A stretch of DNA of 64,000 bases from assembly GCF_006345805.1 (NCBI RefSeq), contig NC_043010.1, forward strand, positions 20,522,001 to 20,586,000, read 5' to 3'. The DNA is from Octopus sinensis (lineage: Eukaryota). The translations under genes and the position numbers were made by a program. Below, piece after piece: positions 63,386 through 64,000 of the stretch (position 1 is the stretch's first letter; the number at the start of each line of letters is the position of its first letter). The notes under the pieces were generated by a model that saw nothing but the letters and a program-made list of their open reading frames with translations, made no database searches and was not told the DNA's origin.

Positions 63386-64000
63386 TCGAAAGTTCCTGGC
63401 ACTCCGTCGGTTACGACGACTAGGGTTCCAGTTGATCTGATCAACGGAACAGCTTGCTTGTGAAATTAACGTGCAAGTGGCTGAGCACTCCACAGACACG
63501 TGTACCCTTAACGTAAATCCCAGGGGGATTCAGAGTGACACAGAATGTGACAATGCTGGCCCTTTGGAATACAGGTACAACTCGTTTTTGCCAGCTGAAC
63601 TGAAGCAACGGGAAAATAAAGTGTTTTGCTCAAGGACTCAACGCGTCGCCGGGAATTGAACTCACGACCTTTAGATCGTGAACCGAATACCCTAACCACT
63701 AGGTCAAGCGCCTCTCACACACACTTTTTTACTGGTTTCAGTTATTAAACTGCGGCCATGTTGTGGCACCACATTGAAGAACTTATAATTGATCATATAT
63801 TACTCTTAAGTCTTGTTGTTATAATATTAATCTTTATTTGTCGCTAAATTACGGGACCTCGTTTTTTTTTTGCAAGCGGTTTCATCGGAAAGACAAACGT
63901 TCAGATCGACAAATACAAACACACATTTACACTCATACACATATACACAAGTATATTTTCATACGTAACACATAGCTTCTTTATGGATGATCCGAAAATA

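Overview
AT-rich, microsatellite-dense animal genomic DNA, most likely octopus or another coleoid cephalopod (inferred from the recurring SINE families and repeat landscape; not checked against a database). No host exon was confidently recognised. The window is a nested mosaic of mobile DNA: several tRNA-derived SINE families, RTE LINE remnants, R4/Dong-type restriction-like-endonuclease (REL) LINE remnants sitting in (TAA)n and (ATAC)n tracts, a Penelope-like element (PLE; RT C-terminus plus GIY-YIG), a maT-type Tc1/mariner remnant, MITEs and two non-autonomous Helitrons. The main unexplained signal is a dense population of type I hammerhead ribozyme (HHR) motifs: about 12 with a recognisable complete core plus about 10 decayed ones, in at least 8 sequence families. 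They occur in three settings: (i) non-coding ~510-bp and ~560-bp tandem arrays that flip orientation (retrozyme-like), (ii) a tRNA-headed SINE that carries an HHR, and (iii) PLE 3' ends. Many show the same head-to-head inverted architecture next to (TA)n. SINE and decayed-element coordinates are approximate (about +/-10-20 bp). All structures were paired by eye.
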